This document shows positions 50,416 through 60,556 of a DNA stretch of 64,000 bases, piece by piece (within the stretch, counting starts at the first letter, position 1; the number at the start of each line of letters is the position of its first letter). The DNA comes from a virus (lineage: Duplodnaviria > Heunggongvirae > Uroviricota > Caudoviricetes). Made by a program: the position numbers and the translations under genes. The notes beneath the pieces are model-generated. The model made no database searches and was not told the DNA's origin. It worked only from the letters and a program-made list of their open reading frames with translations. Where the stretch lies: the IMG/VR virus record IMGVR_UViG_3300046047_000272; one strand, given 5' to 3'.

Positions 50416-51512
50416 TGTGGGTGTCTTGCAAACATGTTGAACGCCAACCACGAACGTCGTTACGATGGGTGGGCATGCTGCGGTTATGGATTGCTCAGCA
50501 TAATGAGAAGGCGTTGCGAATATCGAACGTTTTTACGGTCTGTGCAATTATATCTATGATAGGAATAGGCATTGGTGTACGATCGTATAATCTCATTTTG
50601 GCCGTAATATCAACAATAATCTTCATAACGTCATTCATCGTGGATAATTGCTTAGAGTTATACGATATTCAATATACGGTGGATAGTGCCGTATACACGT
50701 CTGATGACGTCACAATCATTCAAGCCGTTGGTCTAAAGAACACTCTCTCAGAATCAGTGACGATCATTACTGGTGTGGATAGTGATCAGCAACCATTATG
50801 GCTACAGACAGCGTCTCAGGATCGTATGACCATGATGATTAATCATCATCCTGTTCGTTTGATTCTTGGTCCTATTCGCTCTCCTGAATGCGCAATGGCC
50901 ATGCGGACTGTAGACGCTAAGTCCGAGTTAGAGCAAGCAGCAGTATGGATTCATTATCATGATAATCATCGTCAACATCATCATGACGCTGTACTAGATC
51001 AGCAGGTGACGGCCATGCAGACCATACTACTTCGACGGATAGGTATTGACTATTATCAGAAGACGATGATTGACCACGATCTTCAAGATCGCCCATTAGA
51101 TGAGAGCCTGCTTCCAGGCCGTCATAATGGCCGGGCTCGTGAGGATCAGGAGCGATTGGCTGGACTTCAATTACAGCTGCACGATCTCATGAATAAGATG
51201 CATGACGTGACTCTTCTCGACCATGATGACCAGATCATATCAAGGATGAAGTTGAATGATATGATTGACGCTTTGTCAGATCAGTTGTCAGTTATACAGC
51301 AACTTTCTGGACAATACGATGATGATTCGATGGCTATACGGTCATGGCGGGAGGATTGTACTGATCTTAGTCATAGGTTCAGTCAATTGAGTGCGATGAT
51401 GAATGACTTATCGAAGGATCAGCATACAGTTCGTGATGGTGTTGAGGCGTTGTCTCATATCGAACGATGGGTTACTGATCTTTATACGGCGATACATCAT
51501 ATCGGGAAATAG
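50412..51512 (+). CDS. 2-TM coiled-coil protein, paralog of 49369..50415
   Basis: Same shared motifs; ATGA overlap with the upstream gene. Confidence 0.8.
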   Translation: MMWVSCKHVERQPRTSLRWVGMLRLWIAQHNEKALRISNVFTVCAIISMIGIGIGVRSYNLILAVISTIIFITSFIVDNCLELYDIQYTVDSAVYTSDDVTIIQAVGLKNTLSESVTIITGVDSDQQPLWLQTASQDRMTMMINHHPVRLILGPIRSPECAMAMRTVDAKSELEQAAVWIHYHDNHRQHHHDAVLDQQVTAMQTILLRRIGIDYYQKTMIDHDLQDRPLDESLLPGRHNGRAREDQERLAGLQLQLHDLMNKMHDVTLLDHDDQIISRMKLNDMIDALSDQLSVIQQLSGQYDDDSMAIRSWREDCTDLSHRFSQLSAMMNDLSKDQHTVRDGVEALSHIERWVTDLYTAIHHIGK

Positions 51513-51639
51513 TGCATCGCTTGTAGGGAATATGGTATAATATGTGTTATGCGGTGATATCGTATTATCGTATGATAATTGAACATTAGCTACTGTTCAC
51601 AAGACGAGGATTCGTCTTACATACGGGAGGATACATATT

Positions 51640-52617
51640 ATGGGTAGTGGAACTTGGAGTGCAGATACATACAATCGTGTCACCAGGTCAAAGATTGACG
51701 CTGGACGATCGTTCTCCTATACGCGGGATGCGTTCAACAGTGGGGTTCTGAAGCCTCATGATACACTTGATCCTATACAGGATGGGAAGCCATCATTCAG
51801 GGAATCCAGGGATAGTGACGAGCATCCAGAATCAACACCAATCGTCATTGGATTCGATGTGACTGGATCCATGGGTGATAATCCTGCATTGATTCAGGAA
51901 TCATTGAAGCAATTGTTCGGCATGCTGATTAGAAAGGACATCGTGTCCGACCCTCAGATTGCCATTGGCGCCTATGGTGACGCCTATTGTGATAGAGTAC
52001 CATTGCAGATCGGTCAATTCGAATCTGATAATCGTATCGACGACGAGCTGGATAACGTGCTTATCGAGGGCTGCGGAGGCGGTAACGATGGTGAGACATC
52101 GAGTCTTCTCGCCAGATTCGTAGGATCGAATATTCGCACTGACGCTTGGGAGAAGCGCGGTAAGAAAGGCTACTTCTTCCTGATCGGTGACGAGAAGACC
52201 TTTGGCTGCAAGGGCGAGCAGCTGAGACAATTCATGGGACTTCCACAGGCGTCTGACGAGAGCGAGGATGACATCTTCGCTAGAGTGAGGGAACAGTGGG
52301 ATGTCTACATGCTCCTCATTGACAATTACTCGTCTAAAGCTCAACACTCGAAGGAGCAGTACACGAAGCTCACTGGCGGTGAACAGCACGTCATCACCAT
52401 TGCTGATGGCTCACTCGCCGCGGCGACCATCGTATCCGTCATCGGCGCCGTCGAAGCAACTGCTGATTATCAGCATATCGCTGATGATCTTATTGACGCC
52501 GGCTTCTCAAAGGATGTGGCCATGGCCTCTCGTAAGGCGACGGTTGATCTTTTCCAGGATGGTGATCATGATACGGTTGAGGCATCCAATGACTACGGGG
52601 ACCTCGATCTATCATGA
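51640..52617 (+). CDS. vWA domain protein (MGSGxWS type)
   Basis: RESRDS.EHP.STPI, FDVTGSMG MIDAS, LQIGQFESD, EG.GGGN, GYFF.IGDE. Confidence 0.85.
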   Translation: MGSGTWSADTYNRVTRSKIDAGRSFSYTRDAFNSGVLKPHDTLDPIQDGKPSFRESRDSDEHPESTPIVIGFDVTGSMGDNPALIQESLKQLFGMLIRKDIVSDPQIAIGAYGDAYCDRVPLQIGQFESDNRIDDELDNVLIEGCGGGNDGETSSLLARFVGSNIRTDAWEKRGKKGYFFLIGDEKTFGCKGEQLRQFMGLPQASDESEDDIFARVREQWDVYMLLIDNYSSKAQHSKEQYTKLTGGEQHVITIADGSLAAATIVSVIGAVEATADYQHIADDLIDAGFSKDVAMASRKATVDLFQDGDHDTVEASNDYGDLDLS

Positions 52618-53516
52618 ACCCGATTGAGGAGGTCTTAACCGATGGTCTGACGGCCATCGTGTTCTTCGGATCGAACACGAAACGCGCAAGACTGAAATAT
52701 CGTCGATACTTGCGCCTTGTCCACCCAGATCTTCATCATGATGATCCTAAGGCTGAGGACGCCACCATCAGATTGAACGATCTATGGGACGATTATCAGT
52801 CGGCCAGCACAGCCAGCACTGGGCGCGGCAAGCCGAAGAGCACAACATCACGCCGATCAATGAGACGAGTTGCTCATGATGACGTCACATCACTCTTCGT
52901 TGATGACCCAGCACAGCAATGGGTGTCCGTCATGAATACCGCGTCTGAACGCAGACCGAGTGCAGATGAGCATATCATCATGGATATGACTGATCGTAGC
53001 GAGGGATCACCAGTGACGATCATACCATTCCTATCAGCATCTGCTGTGCACGAGGCGATTATGCAGTCTGATGGACCCCATGACGCCATGAGGGCTGATG
53101 GCGCACCAGTCGACGTCCTGTACACGGCGAAGGATCTGCTCAGTATGCCATCTATTGATGAGCGAGATGTGGCTTGGATATACAAACGAGCTATCTTCAT
53201 GGGTGGATTGATGGATATGGCTGGAGGTCAATGTTCACAGCCATTGTCGCATCTCATCATTAATCCGAGGACGCATGATGCGTTCATCGATCCAACGGCA
53301 ATAACGGCCAGAACGAAGGGATCGATGATGACGGCCATGGTGAACGATGTTCCTGCAGGTGTTCTTGATGGCTCGTCAAGATTGTCGAAGTGGATTCATG
53401 GTGGCCAGTACACTGATGGACGTCATACTGGTGAATTACTGCACGAGTACGATAATCTTCTCGCGTCGTTGTTCGGCGCGCCATCCTTCCACGTGATGAC
53501 GATGCCAGCATCATGA
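52614..53516 (+). CDS. J-domain-like protein with degenerate kinase-like C-terminus
   Basis: YRR..RLVHPD.....A..A..RLN.LW; DVAWIYKR..HLIINP.TH segment; coupled to the vWA gene. Confidence 0.6.
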   Translation: MNPIEEVLTDGLTAIVFFGSNTKRARLKYRRYLRLVHPDLHHDDPKAEDATIRLNDLWDDYQSASTASTGRGKPKSTTSRRSMRRVAHDDVTSLFVDDPAQQWVSVMNTASERRPSADEHIIMDMTDRSEGSPVTIIPFLSASAVHEAIMQSDGPHDAMRADGAPVDVLYTAKDLLSMPSIDERDVAWIYKRAIFMGGLMDMAGGQCSQPLSHLIINPRTHDAFIDPTAITARTKGSMMTAMVNDVPAGVLDGSSRLSKWIHGGQYTDGRHTGELLHEYDNLLASLFGAPSFHVMTMPAS

Positions 53517-53533
53517 TTTGGTGGTGTATCTAC

Positions 53534-53568
53534 ATGGCCGCATACCGTAAAATACGGTATGCGGCCAT
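53534..53568 (+). terminator. intrinsic terminator-like hairpin
   Basis: Perfect 16-bp IR atggccgcataccgta/tacggtatgcggccat. Confidence 0.8.
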
Positions 53569-53663
53569 ATCTTTATGATAGTAAGGTAACATCATAGGGA
53601 AGAGGATTAGAAATGAGCGATACGGGAACACTGTTGGCCATGATAAGACGAATGTGGTGAGAT

Positions 53664-54221
53664 ATGAAAGCTATTATGCAATGCGCGATTGTCATGTTGA
53701 TGATGAGTTTGGTGTTCTACTGGTATCCTGAAACGACACCATCATTAGCCATGCAGATGATGATGGCTGTTGCCCTGATCGTGTTCTTCAATATGATCAG
53801 TATGATGCATCGACAATGGCGTTGGCCAATGGTCGTGAGAGCTCATATGAGGGTCACTGATTGTACTCATGATGGATTGATCATCGTGAAGCCTCGTCAT
53901 ATGCGGACGGATCAGTATCGTTCAGTGTTCAATGTTATCGATCATGCAGGCATCGCTACATTCGGTGATCATGCGGTGGCCTCAATCAGGATGGTTCCCT
54001 CGGTGAGTCCGATTGATGATCAGCATGATCTGGTACCATCATTGTTAATCGTGAATAGCCAATCGTTGATAACCGGTGTGATGGATAATGAGGACATCAT
54101 GATGCTGACGAAGACGAGTCGTACGGGACACGTCTCCTATGCAGTTGTTGATCTTCAGGAAGTTGCGAGCGATGCATATCGTCATCGTTTTCATGATCGT
54201 TACTCGCTGATATTGAGATAA
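53664..54221 (+). CDS. membrane protein
   Basis: Two N-terminal TM. Confidence 0.6.
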   Translation: MKAIMQCAIVMLMMSLVFYWYPETTPSLAMQMMMAVALIVFFNMISMMHRQWRWPMVVRAHMRVTDCTHDGLIIVKPRHMRTDQYRSVFNVIDHAGIATFGDHAVASIRMVPSVSPIDDQHDLVPSLLIVNSQSLITGVMDNEDIMMLTKTSRTGHVSYAVVDLQEVASDAYRHRFHDRYSLILR

Positions 54222-54232
54222 TTGGTCATAGT

Positions 54233-54363
54233 TAATCTCGTGTCTAATCCTGATTCTCGTCTCGTCTAGTATAACGTATCATCTGAGGGCTTTTACAGCC
54301 ATCACCAATTTGAATAGGCTCAGAACATGAATCTTTACTCATGTTCTGAGCCTAACTAGATCT
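54233..54363 (-). repeat. 131-bp element C, copy 3
   Basis: Reverse-complement copy, loop in copy-1 orientation. Confidence 0.93.
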
Positions 54364-54388
54364 CCTGGATAATGCGATCAACGTCGTA

Positions 54389-55018
54389 TCACTGGTCTAA
54401 CTCCTCGTAGACGAAATGATAGGGTAATGAGGCTAACGGCCTATGATTATTAAGGACCATAGGCGCGATGATGTTGGCTGGATAGGCGATGCTGTCTGGC
54501 CTCATGACGAAATCATATAACCCTGGTAGCAGATCGTGGAATGGCTGCATGAAATCGATGAGGAAATCACGGCCAGCATCACCGTCAATGAGGGTTGAGT
54601 CGTGTTGGCGTATCATGGCAAAGGGTGATGCATTCGATTTTATCGAGTTGCAGTGATAGCAGGTCAGCATGATGTTCCCAATGGTCGTTGGACCATAGGC
54701 GGCTATTGGCATGACATGATCAATGGATATCGTATGATCTGTGAACATGATACGGTCATCGCTGGTCGTGTAGAGTTGGCGTCCGCACCAGAAGCATCGT
54801 CCACCGGTCATGATGGCCGCGTATTGCTCCCATTCCGAAGGACTGATGCCAGTGGCTCTCATGACTCGTCGACCATGGATGGACGCCAGTCTTGTCTTGA
54901 TGTTGGGAGAGCTTGTCCGTATGATCGTTCTGTTCTTGAAGAATAGTGAGCCATAGCTGATCTCTTCAACGGCTAATGGTGATTCTCTCGCATGGTCGAT
55001 GTAGGTGTCTATAATCAT
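54389..55018 (-). CDS. HNH endonuclease
   Basis: CFWC...IDHVMP....G.....N....CYHCN..K. Confidence 0.88.
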   Translation of the reverse strand: MIIDTYIDHARESPLAVEEISYGSLFFKNRTIIRTSSPNIKTRLASIHGRRVMRATGISPSEWEQYAAIMTGGRCFWCGRQLYTTSDDRIMFTDHTISIDHVMPIAAYGPTTIGNIMLTCYHCNSIKSNASPFAMIRQHDSTLIDGDAGRDFLIDFMQPFHDLLPGLYDFVMRPDSIAYPANIIAPMVLNNHRPLASLPYHFVYEELDQ

Positions 55019-55167
55019 TCCGTCTCCTCGTACACGATAATCGTATCATATGATGATGACATTGCTAGACGATTGGTATGGTGTCTTATCGTGGCGTTAG
55101 CCCGGTAGATCTCAGGTTGTATGCGGCAGCTGTGCTCACAATGGTGATCATAGTCATGTGATGACGT

Positions 55168-57795
55168 ATGACTAGAGACTACTCGATAGGAAAGAGTGGT
55201 AAGACACAAATGACGATAGAACACGACGCGATACAGGATAATGATCATTTGAGTATTGATGATCTCGTACGGGATGGTACGGCATGGAAGAATCAGCATG
55301 ATAAGAACAATGATCAGACTACACTGAGTAAGAAGCCATCATTGACGCACTCAGATAGTCTTGGCAACATGCTCAGATCGTGGACAAGCCTGGCTCTGAG
55401 GACTAAATATCAGGGAGACGAGGCCTCTGAGTATGCTAATCTTCAGTCAAAGTTACGCTGTGAACATTGTGGCGCGCAGATTAAAATCGCTATGGATAAT
55501 TCGAAGCATAAGGATCGTACGAGAATCAGGTATTACGATATTAAGGGTAAGCATGCTGCGTACGATCATATCTATCCGTCTTCTAAGGGTTGGATACCCG
55601 TTAAGGGCGGCGTCCAGTTTTATTGTACGGATTGTAATAGTAATAAGGGCGATTGTGATCCTAAGACTTGGATTCATGAGCAATGGGCAATGTTGTCTGA
55701 CGATAACCCCTATATTCGCTCACTGGCCAGGCCGAGCAGATTCTCATCCGAGGCCGAGGAGTTAGCATATTTTAAGACGTATTACGATGATGTGGCCTTA
55801 GCCGAGTATCAACGATTGTTTCCACCAGATTATGAGGATATCTATAGTCAGGCTACTGGACACGATTATCATGGTGTGCCCGTACCATACAAGAGTCAGG
55901 GCTATCTCCTGAATTGGTTTAGTCAGCAACTGGGACCGTTCCCATCATCGAGTACTGAGGATGATGATACCGATGATACGGATTGGACCACGTCTCATGA
56001 GAACACTATAGCGATCATCGCCTATAAGTATGACTCCAGTAAACGTAAGGGTAAGGGCTTATTGTCAGCGAACACGCTGAAAAGATTGTTAGCAAAGCAT
56101 CATCTGGTGGAATCAGTTACATCCTGTTCCGATGAGACTCTCCTCAATATGATGAAACGCATCATGCGCGACGGAATGGCAGAGGATAATCTTCTAGGAA
56201 CAGACAATTCAACGACAACATATTATCAGAAATACACTCAGAGTTTTAATGAGTATCTTCGATTGGCCAATGGATCGAACGATGACGATACCCTGAATAG
56301 ATGTATTCCGATTCCTGATAAGAACTGCGTTGAACTCATGCTTCATCATTGTAAGGATATGGCTTCATGGTCGTTATTATGTAAGATCATGAACGCTATC
56401 CCAACCGGAGATCGATATATAGGACGTCCTAAGATCATGAAGATGCTCTTCTCCGTTATGGACGCTAAGCGCCTATCCGGCAACGGACTCATTGATGAGA
56501 TTCTTCATCTTCCCGCTAGGACAGCAAGCAATGACAAATCTCTAAGGGATATGTTATATCATAGTATTCACAGTTTTGCTACCATTGATGGGCTTCACAT
56601 CAGAATATCGAAGACGAGTCATGATACGAGGTCTCAGATGCCGAAGATCATCACATCGTTTAACCAGCTATGGACGCATCTTATGCAATCTAAGGACCCG
56701 TCAATCACGGCAAGAACGTCATTGACGGTGACGAAAAGTCCTTATACGACAGCTAATCTTATCAAGGATTATCAATGTGACGTGCTCATACCAGATCCAT
56801 TAATGCAGGTGGTGGTTCGTGGATACGCGAAGCGCAGGAAGGGCAATAAGGAGTATAGGAACATAGAGACATTATATAACGATTACATCGCCACGGGGCA
56901 ATGGGATCTTTCCTCGTCGTCTACAGCGATGTCTACGGGATACGCTATCCTCGATTCGACGGTTTCAGATGACCCTAAATTAGAGAGTACTATGCGAAAG
57001 AATTTTAATCTTGTGTTACGTGTCCTCCATGAGGATTACGATTCAGAACAATGGCCGAAGCAAGAATTCCAATCGTCTACTCAACGTCAAGAGGCGCGCG
57101 ATCAACATGATCTTTGTCAACGATACCCGGCATATGCTGACATGATTCAAGAGTACGATGACTATCGAAACACCTTGACCGGTCCATCTAGGAACTATCT
57201 AAAGACATCATCCAAATTACTGCAATTATTAGATGAGGCGTCACATGAGACGGGAAAGCCATTAGATCATCATCATGATATGCTCCTTGCGTATCATATC
57301 ATGAATCAGTCAGACAGTAACGCTAAGTCCCTATCCCTGTTTCTTCATGTCACTGAGAGGATTCACGCTGATTGGACACGCCATGGCGTCAATCCTGATC
57401 ACCCTGGTCATGGTCTCAATGGTAATATCACCCCGCTCATCGATCAATTGGATGATCAAAGAGACGTGGCCTTCATCACGTTTCTGTACGCATCTTACAT
57501 CAATGATAAGCTTGATCGTAAAATGTACTCACCGAAAACATTGTTTACAGAATCGTTCCCTCGAACCGATCGTCTAAACAGGTTCATGCGTAGACTGCAT
57601 ACTGATTACGACAATGAAGGACCGTCAATATATGTTGAGTTCCTAAGGACACTATCTGTACAATCGGCTAATAATCCTGCTATTGATGACCATCAAATCA
57701 GAAAAGCAAGGAGGACTATGCGATACGTATTGGCCTGTTATAAGGAGTATTATCTACAGGGATGTCGTGCATTATCGGTGGTGTCAACAATATGA
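55168..57795 (+). CDS. large protein with N-terminal HNH nuclease domain
   Basis: CEHC...YDHIYP.SKG......CTDCNSNKG near aa 97-161; remaining ~700 aa unrecognised. Confidence 0.8.
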   Translation: MTRDYSIGKSGKTQMTIEHDAIQDNDHLSIDDLVRDGTAWKNQHDKNNDQTTLSKKPSLTHSDSLGNMLRSWTSLALRTKYQGDEASEYANLQSKLRCEHCGAQIKIAMDNSKHKDRTRIRYYDIKGKHAAYDHIYPSSKGWIPVKGGVQFYCTDCNSNKGDCDPKTWIHEQWAMLSDDNPYIRSLARPSRFSSEAEELAYFKTYYDDVALAEYQRLFPPDYEDIYSQATGHDYHGVPVPYKSQGYLLNWFSQQLGPFPSSSTEDDDTDDTDWTTSHENTIAIIAYKYDSSKRKGKGLLSANTLKRLLAKHHLVESVTSCSDETLLNMMKRIMRDGMAEDNLLGTDNSTTTYYQKYTQSFNEYLRLANGSNDDDTLNRCIPIPDKNCVELMLHHCKDMASWSLLCKIMNAIPTGDRYIGRPKIMKMLFSVMDAKRLSGNGLIDEILHLPARTASNDKSLRDMLYHSIHSFATIDGLHIRISKTSHDTRSQMPKIITSFNQLWTHLMQSKDPSITARTSLTVTKSPYTTANLIKDYQCDVLIPDPLMQVVVRGYAKRRKGNKEYRNIETLYNDYIATGQWDLSSSSTAMSTGYAILDSTVSDDPKLESTMRKNFNLVLRVLHEDYDSEQWPKQEFQSSTQRQEARDQHDLCQRYPAYADMIQEYDDYRNTLTGPSRNYLKTSSKLLQLLDEASHETGKPLDHHHDMLLAYHIMNQSDSNAKSLSLFLHVTERIHADWTRHGVNPDHPGHGLNGNITPLIDQLDDQRDVAFITFLYASYINDKLDRKMYSPKTLFTESFPRTDRLNRFMRRLHTDYDNEGPSIYVEFLRTLSVQSANNPAIDDHQIRKARRTMRYVLACYKEYYLQGCRALSVVSTI

Positions 57796-57896
57796 TGATT
57801 CATGCATCGATACGATTTTCCACTCTACGATGAACATGATACAATTAGTTTTGTTTACACAGTCTGTATGTGACCAATTGATGATAGGAGTATGAT

Positions 57897-58646
57897 ATGG
57901 CCGGTATTAAGGAAATCGTTCTTGGAGGGGGCGCTCATCGTCTCATTCTCGGATCTGATGTTGAGGTTAGGATTACATCTGATCCCGGTGAGGCTCGTGA
58001 TCTTACTGGTTTGGGCGCAACCACGTTGCTTATTGTGGCCCAGCCTGAGGACACTGATGAGCCTACGGATAGGGCATCGAGCGATCTGATTGATCCTAGC
58101 AATCTGTTTGATGCATCAAACACTGAGCAGTATTACACGGAGTTCCTGTATCGCGCTAAGGACGGCCATGAGCGTACAATCAGTGGCTATGTATATCCCT
58201 CTGACAGTATTGATACCGATGACGGCGATCAGCGAGTACTTATTGAAACGAATGATGGCATCAGAGCTGTTCTTCTGAGCGGTATTCAGGGATCGCTTGA
58301 TATGTTTGAGAAGCCAAGTCGTAAGGTCGAAGAGATCCGTGAGGTCGAAGAACTCTTTTCCAAGCCATCGCCCATGGAGAAGGTTGTTACTGCTGTCTTC
58401 GATGATCTTGAGGGTGATAAGGACCATCCTTATCTTTCATCGGGCCGTGTTCATCCGATCAACGTAGCAAAGATCTTCTATCGCAAGCAGGATGGATCAT
58501 ATGGAAGTTATGAGAACATGACGTTTGATCCGGCAAATCTGTTCACGGCTAAAGATGGTCGACGCGCTATCAAGGTCCAGACTAAGGATGATGGACGCTG
58601 GCATTCCTTCAAGAAGGAAAGAATCATAACGCTGATTAAGGAATAA
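57897..58646 (+). CDS. tandem WYL-like (SH3-fold) domain protein
   Basis: FLYRAKDGHER...P and FYRKQDG...DP..L...G.......GRWHSFKKERI repeats. Confidence 0.55.
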   Translation: MAGIKEIVLGGGAHRLILGSDVEVRITSDPGEARDLTGLGATTLLIVAQPEDTDEPTDRASSDLIDPSNLFDASNTEQYYTEFLYRAKDGHERTISGYVYPSDSIDTDDGDQRVLIETNDGIRAVLLSGIQGSLDMFEKPSRKVEEIREVEELFSKPSPMEKVVTAVFDDLEGDKDHPYLSSGRVHPINVAKIFYRKQDGSYGSYENMTFDPANLFTAKDGRRAIKVQTKDDGRWHSFKKERIITLIKE

Positions 58647-58683
58647 TCATGCATCTTGTCTACTCTTGCTGTGGACGAGGATG

Positions 58684-58773
58684 AGATCTAGTTAGGCTCA
58701 GAACATGAGTAAGGATTCATGTTCTGAGCCTATTCAGATTGGTGCTGATCATAAAAGCCCTCAGATGATACGT
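58684..58773 (+). repeat. element C, copy 4 (3' truncated)
   Basis: agatctagttaggctcagaacatgagtaaggattcatgttctgagccta...cagatgatacgt. Confidence 0.9.
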
Positions 58774-58848
58774 CATGCATCGTAGGTTGTCTGTTCAATC
58801 TACGCGTGATATGCTGATCATAGTTACTCGAAACGTAGAGAGGACATC

Positions 58849-59580
58849 ATGCATCATTCGATGATGATACTTACTGGTGCTGGCATCAGCGTGGCCAGTG
58901 GTCTACCGGCCTTCACCGGACCCAATGGCCTGTACACCATGGATGATGAGGCTCAATCCATGTTTAGTAAACTCCCCTTCATGGCCAAACCGGCTCTGCG
59001 AAGACGTCTATGGCCGTTCATCGCGGCGAGTCTCACGGCTAAGCCTTCACCAGCTCATATGGCCATAGCCGATTTACAACGCCGAGGACTCGTCACCTCA
59101 CTGATTACACAGAATATCGATATGTCTCATGAGGCTGCTGGATCTGAAGCCAGACATGTCCATGGTCGAGCTGATAGGGCTTGGTGTGAACGATGCCATG
59201 CGCAGTATGATGTGCAATCCATTATCCAACATCTCGACGAGACCCCAGATCCTCATTGCACGATAATGAAGAATAAGAAGCGAAAGGGTCTGTGGTCATG
59301 CGGTGGCGTGATTCGTCCGGGTATCGTCTTCTACGGGGAATCACTTGACGCTGATATCATGACGAGCTGTGAGCATGACGTGTACTGGTGTGACGAGCTA
59401 TGGGTCATAGGATCATCTCTTAGTGTGTATCCAGTGGCTAATCTTATAGACATAGCTTTGTCAATGGATAAGCGAATCATATTGTTTAACGATCACCCGA
59501 CGGCATACGATGATCGTGTATCAGATGTGATCAGAGGTGATTGTCAGGACGCCGTTGTGGATTATGCTAATCAGATGTGA
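58849..59580 (+). CDS. Sir2/CobB family NAD-dependent deacylase
   Basis: LTGAGIS.ASG.P.F.G..G, ITQNID..H..AGS, HG, CxxC...C..C, RP.IVFYGE, GSSL.VYP. Confidence 0.93.
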   Translation: MHHSMMILTGAGISVASGLPAFTGPNGLYTMDDEAQSMFSKLPFMAKPALRRRLWPFIAASLTAKPSPAHMAIADLQRRGLVTSLITQNIDMSHEAAGSEARHVHGRADRAWCERCHAQYDVQSIIQHLDETPDPHCTIMKNKKRKGLWSCGGVIRPGIVFYGESLDADIMTSCEHDVYWCDELWVIGSSLSVYPVANLIDIALSMDKRIILFNDHPTAYDDRVSDVIRGDCQDAVVDYANQM

Positions 59581-59784
59581 TAGATCCTGGTATTATATAT
59601 TATATGAAGAGGAGGGTACGATCATGAATGATTTCGATGTGGATAATTGGGATCAATGGGAGCGGCATGTTGACGATGTTGCTGACGCCATTCATCAGGA
59701 TCCGCATGGCTGGCTAGATCGTCAGCGTCGCATCATCATGAGGGACGATCTTCCGAAATGGTTACAATGGATGGTGAGGATATC

Positions 59785-60177
59785 ATGACAACACGAGGAA
59801 CATCACAGCATCATAGTGTTCGTGGATTATGGGTGATTATGACGGCAATGATGATCATTGTGCCGTGTCTGATATCTCCTGTGGTCACGTATGCTGATCA
59901 GCCGTCATCAAGCGTAGTCATGACCATTGAGGATAGAACACCATCACCATCTGAGGGTCCTGATGCTACCCGTAGAGCATCGTCAGATGATGATCATGTG
60001 ACCATTGCGCCATTACCGCCTAAGACGGTATCTACCGTTAATTCAGTATCATCATACTGGCCAACCATTGTCATATCAGTGACGATTATGCTTATTCTCA
60101 TCGTCATTGGAGCCGCAGAGCATTACACCAGCAAGGTTTCTCTATCTCATCATGAATCTGAGTCTGATAGTCATTGA
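59785..60177 (+). CDS. secreted or membrane-anchored small protein
   Basis: N-terminal hydrophobic segment, P/S/T linker, C-terminal TM. Confidence 0.55.
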   Translation: MTTRGTSQHHSVRGLWVIMTAMMIIVPCLISPVVTYADQPSSSVVMTIEDRTPSPSEGPDATRRASSDDDHVTIAPLPPKTVSTVNSVSSYWPTIVISVTIMLILIVIGAAEHYTSKVSLSHHESESDSH

Positions 60178-60232
60178 CAATGATGAGTCATCTGTGATAC
60201 GATAACAGTAACGAGGGGGGGGGGGATGACTG

Positions 60233-60547
60233 ATGCGGCGTATACTTATCGATGGTGGTGTTATTGCGCTGAGCGCTTTACTGATATGGTTGGCTATGAC
60301 GCCGTATGCATGGATTCCTTTGTCGATAATCCTAGTAGTATATGTGATTAGTAGTAATTGGGGAATGTATCAAAGCGGTTGCTTCGGTGAGGCGCAAATC
60401 AGCCTAATGATTAGCCTGTTCATTAGTATTGTAACGATTATCGTCATGTGGTTAGGCTATGCATCTATACTCTTGGCTGGCATTACTCTTCTTAGTACGA
60501 TCATTTACGGATATCATATTATTGATCGTTATCGTTGTGCGGATTGA
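60233..60547 (+). CDS. small membrane protein
   Basis: About four TM; LAMTPYAW shared with 22475..22794. Confidence 0.65.
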   Translation: MRRILIDGGVIALSALLIWLAMTPYAWIPLSIILVVYVISSNWGMYQSGCFGEAQISLMISLFISIVTIIVMWLGYASILLAGITLLSTIIYGYHIIDRYRCAD

Positions 60548-60556
60548 AAGGACATT

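Noticed and set aside
60214-60225. Poly-G tracts (also about 44818-44827) as phase-variation switches
   Set aside because: Both are intergenic, and their length is unreliable given signs of homopolymer indels; no support without reads.
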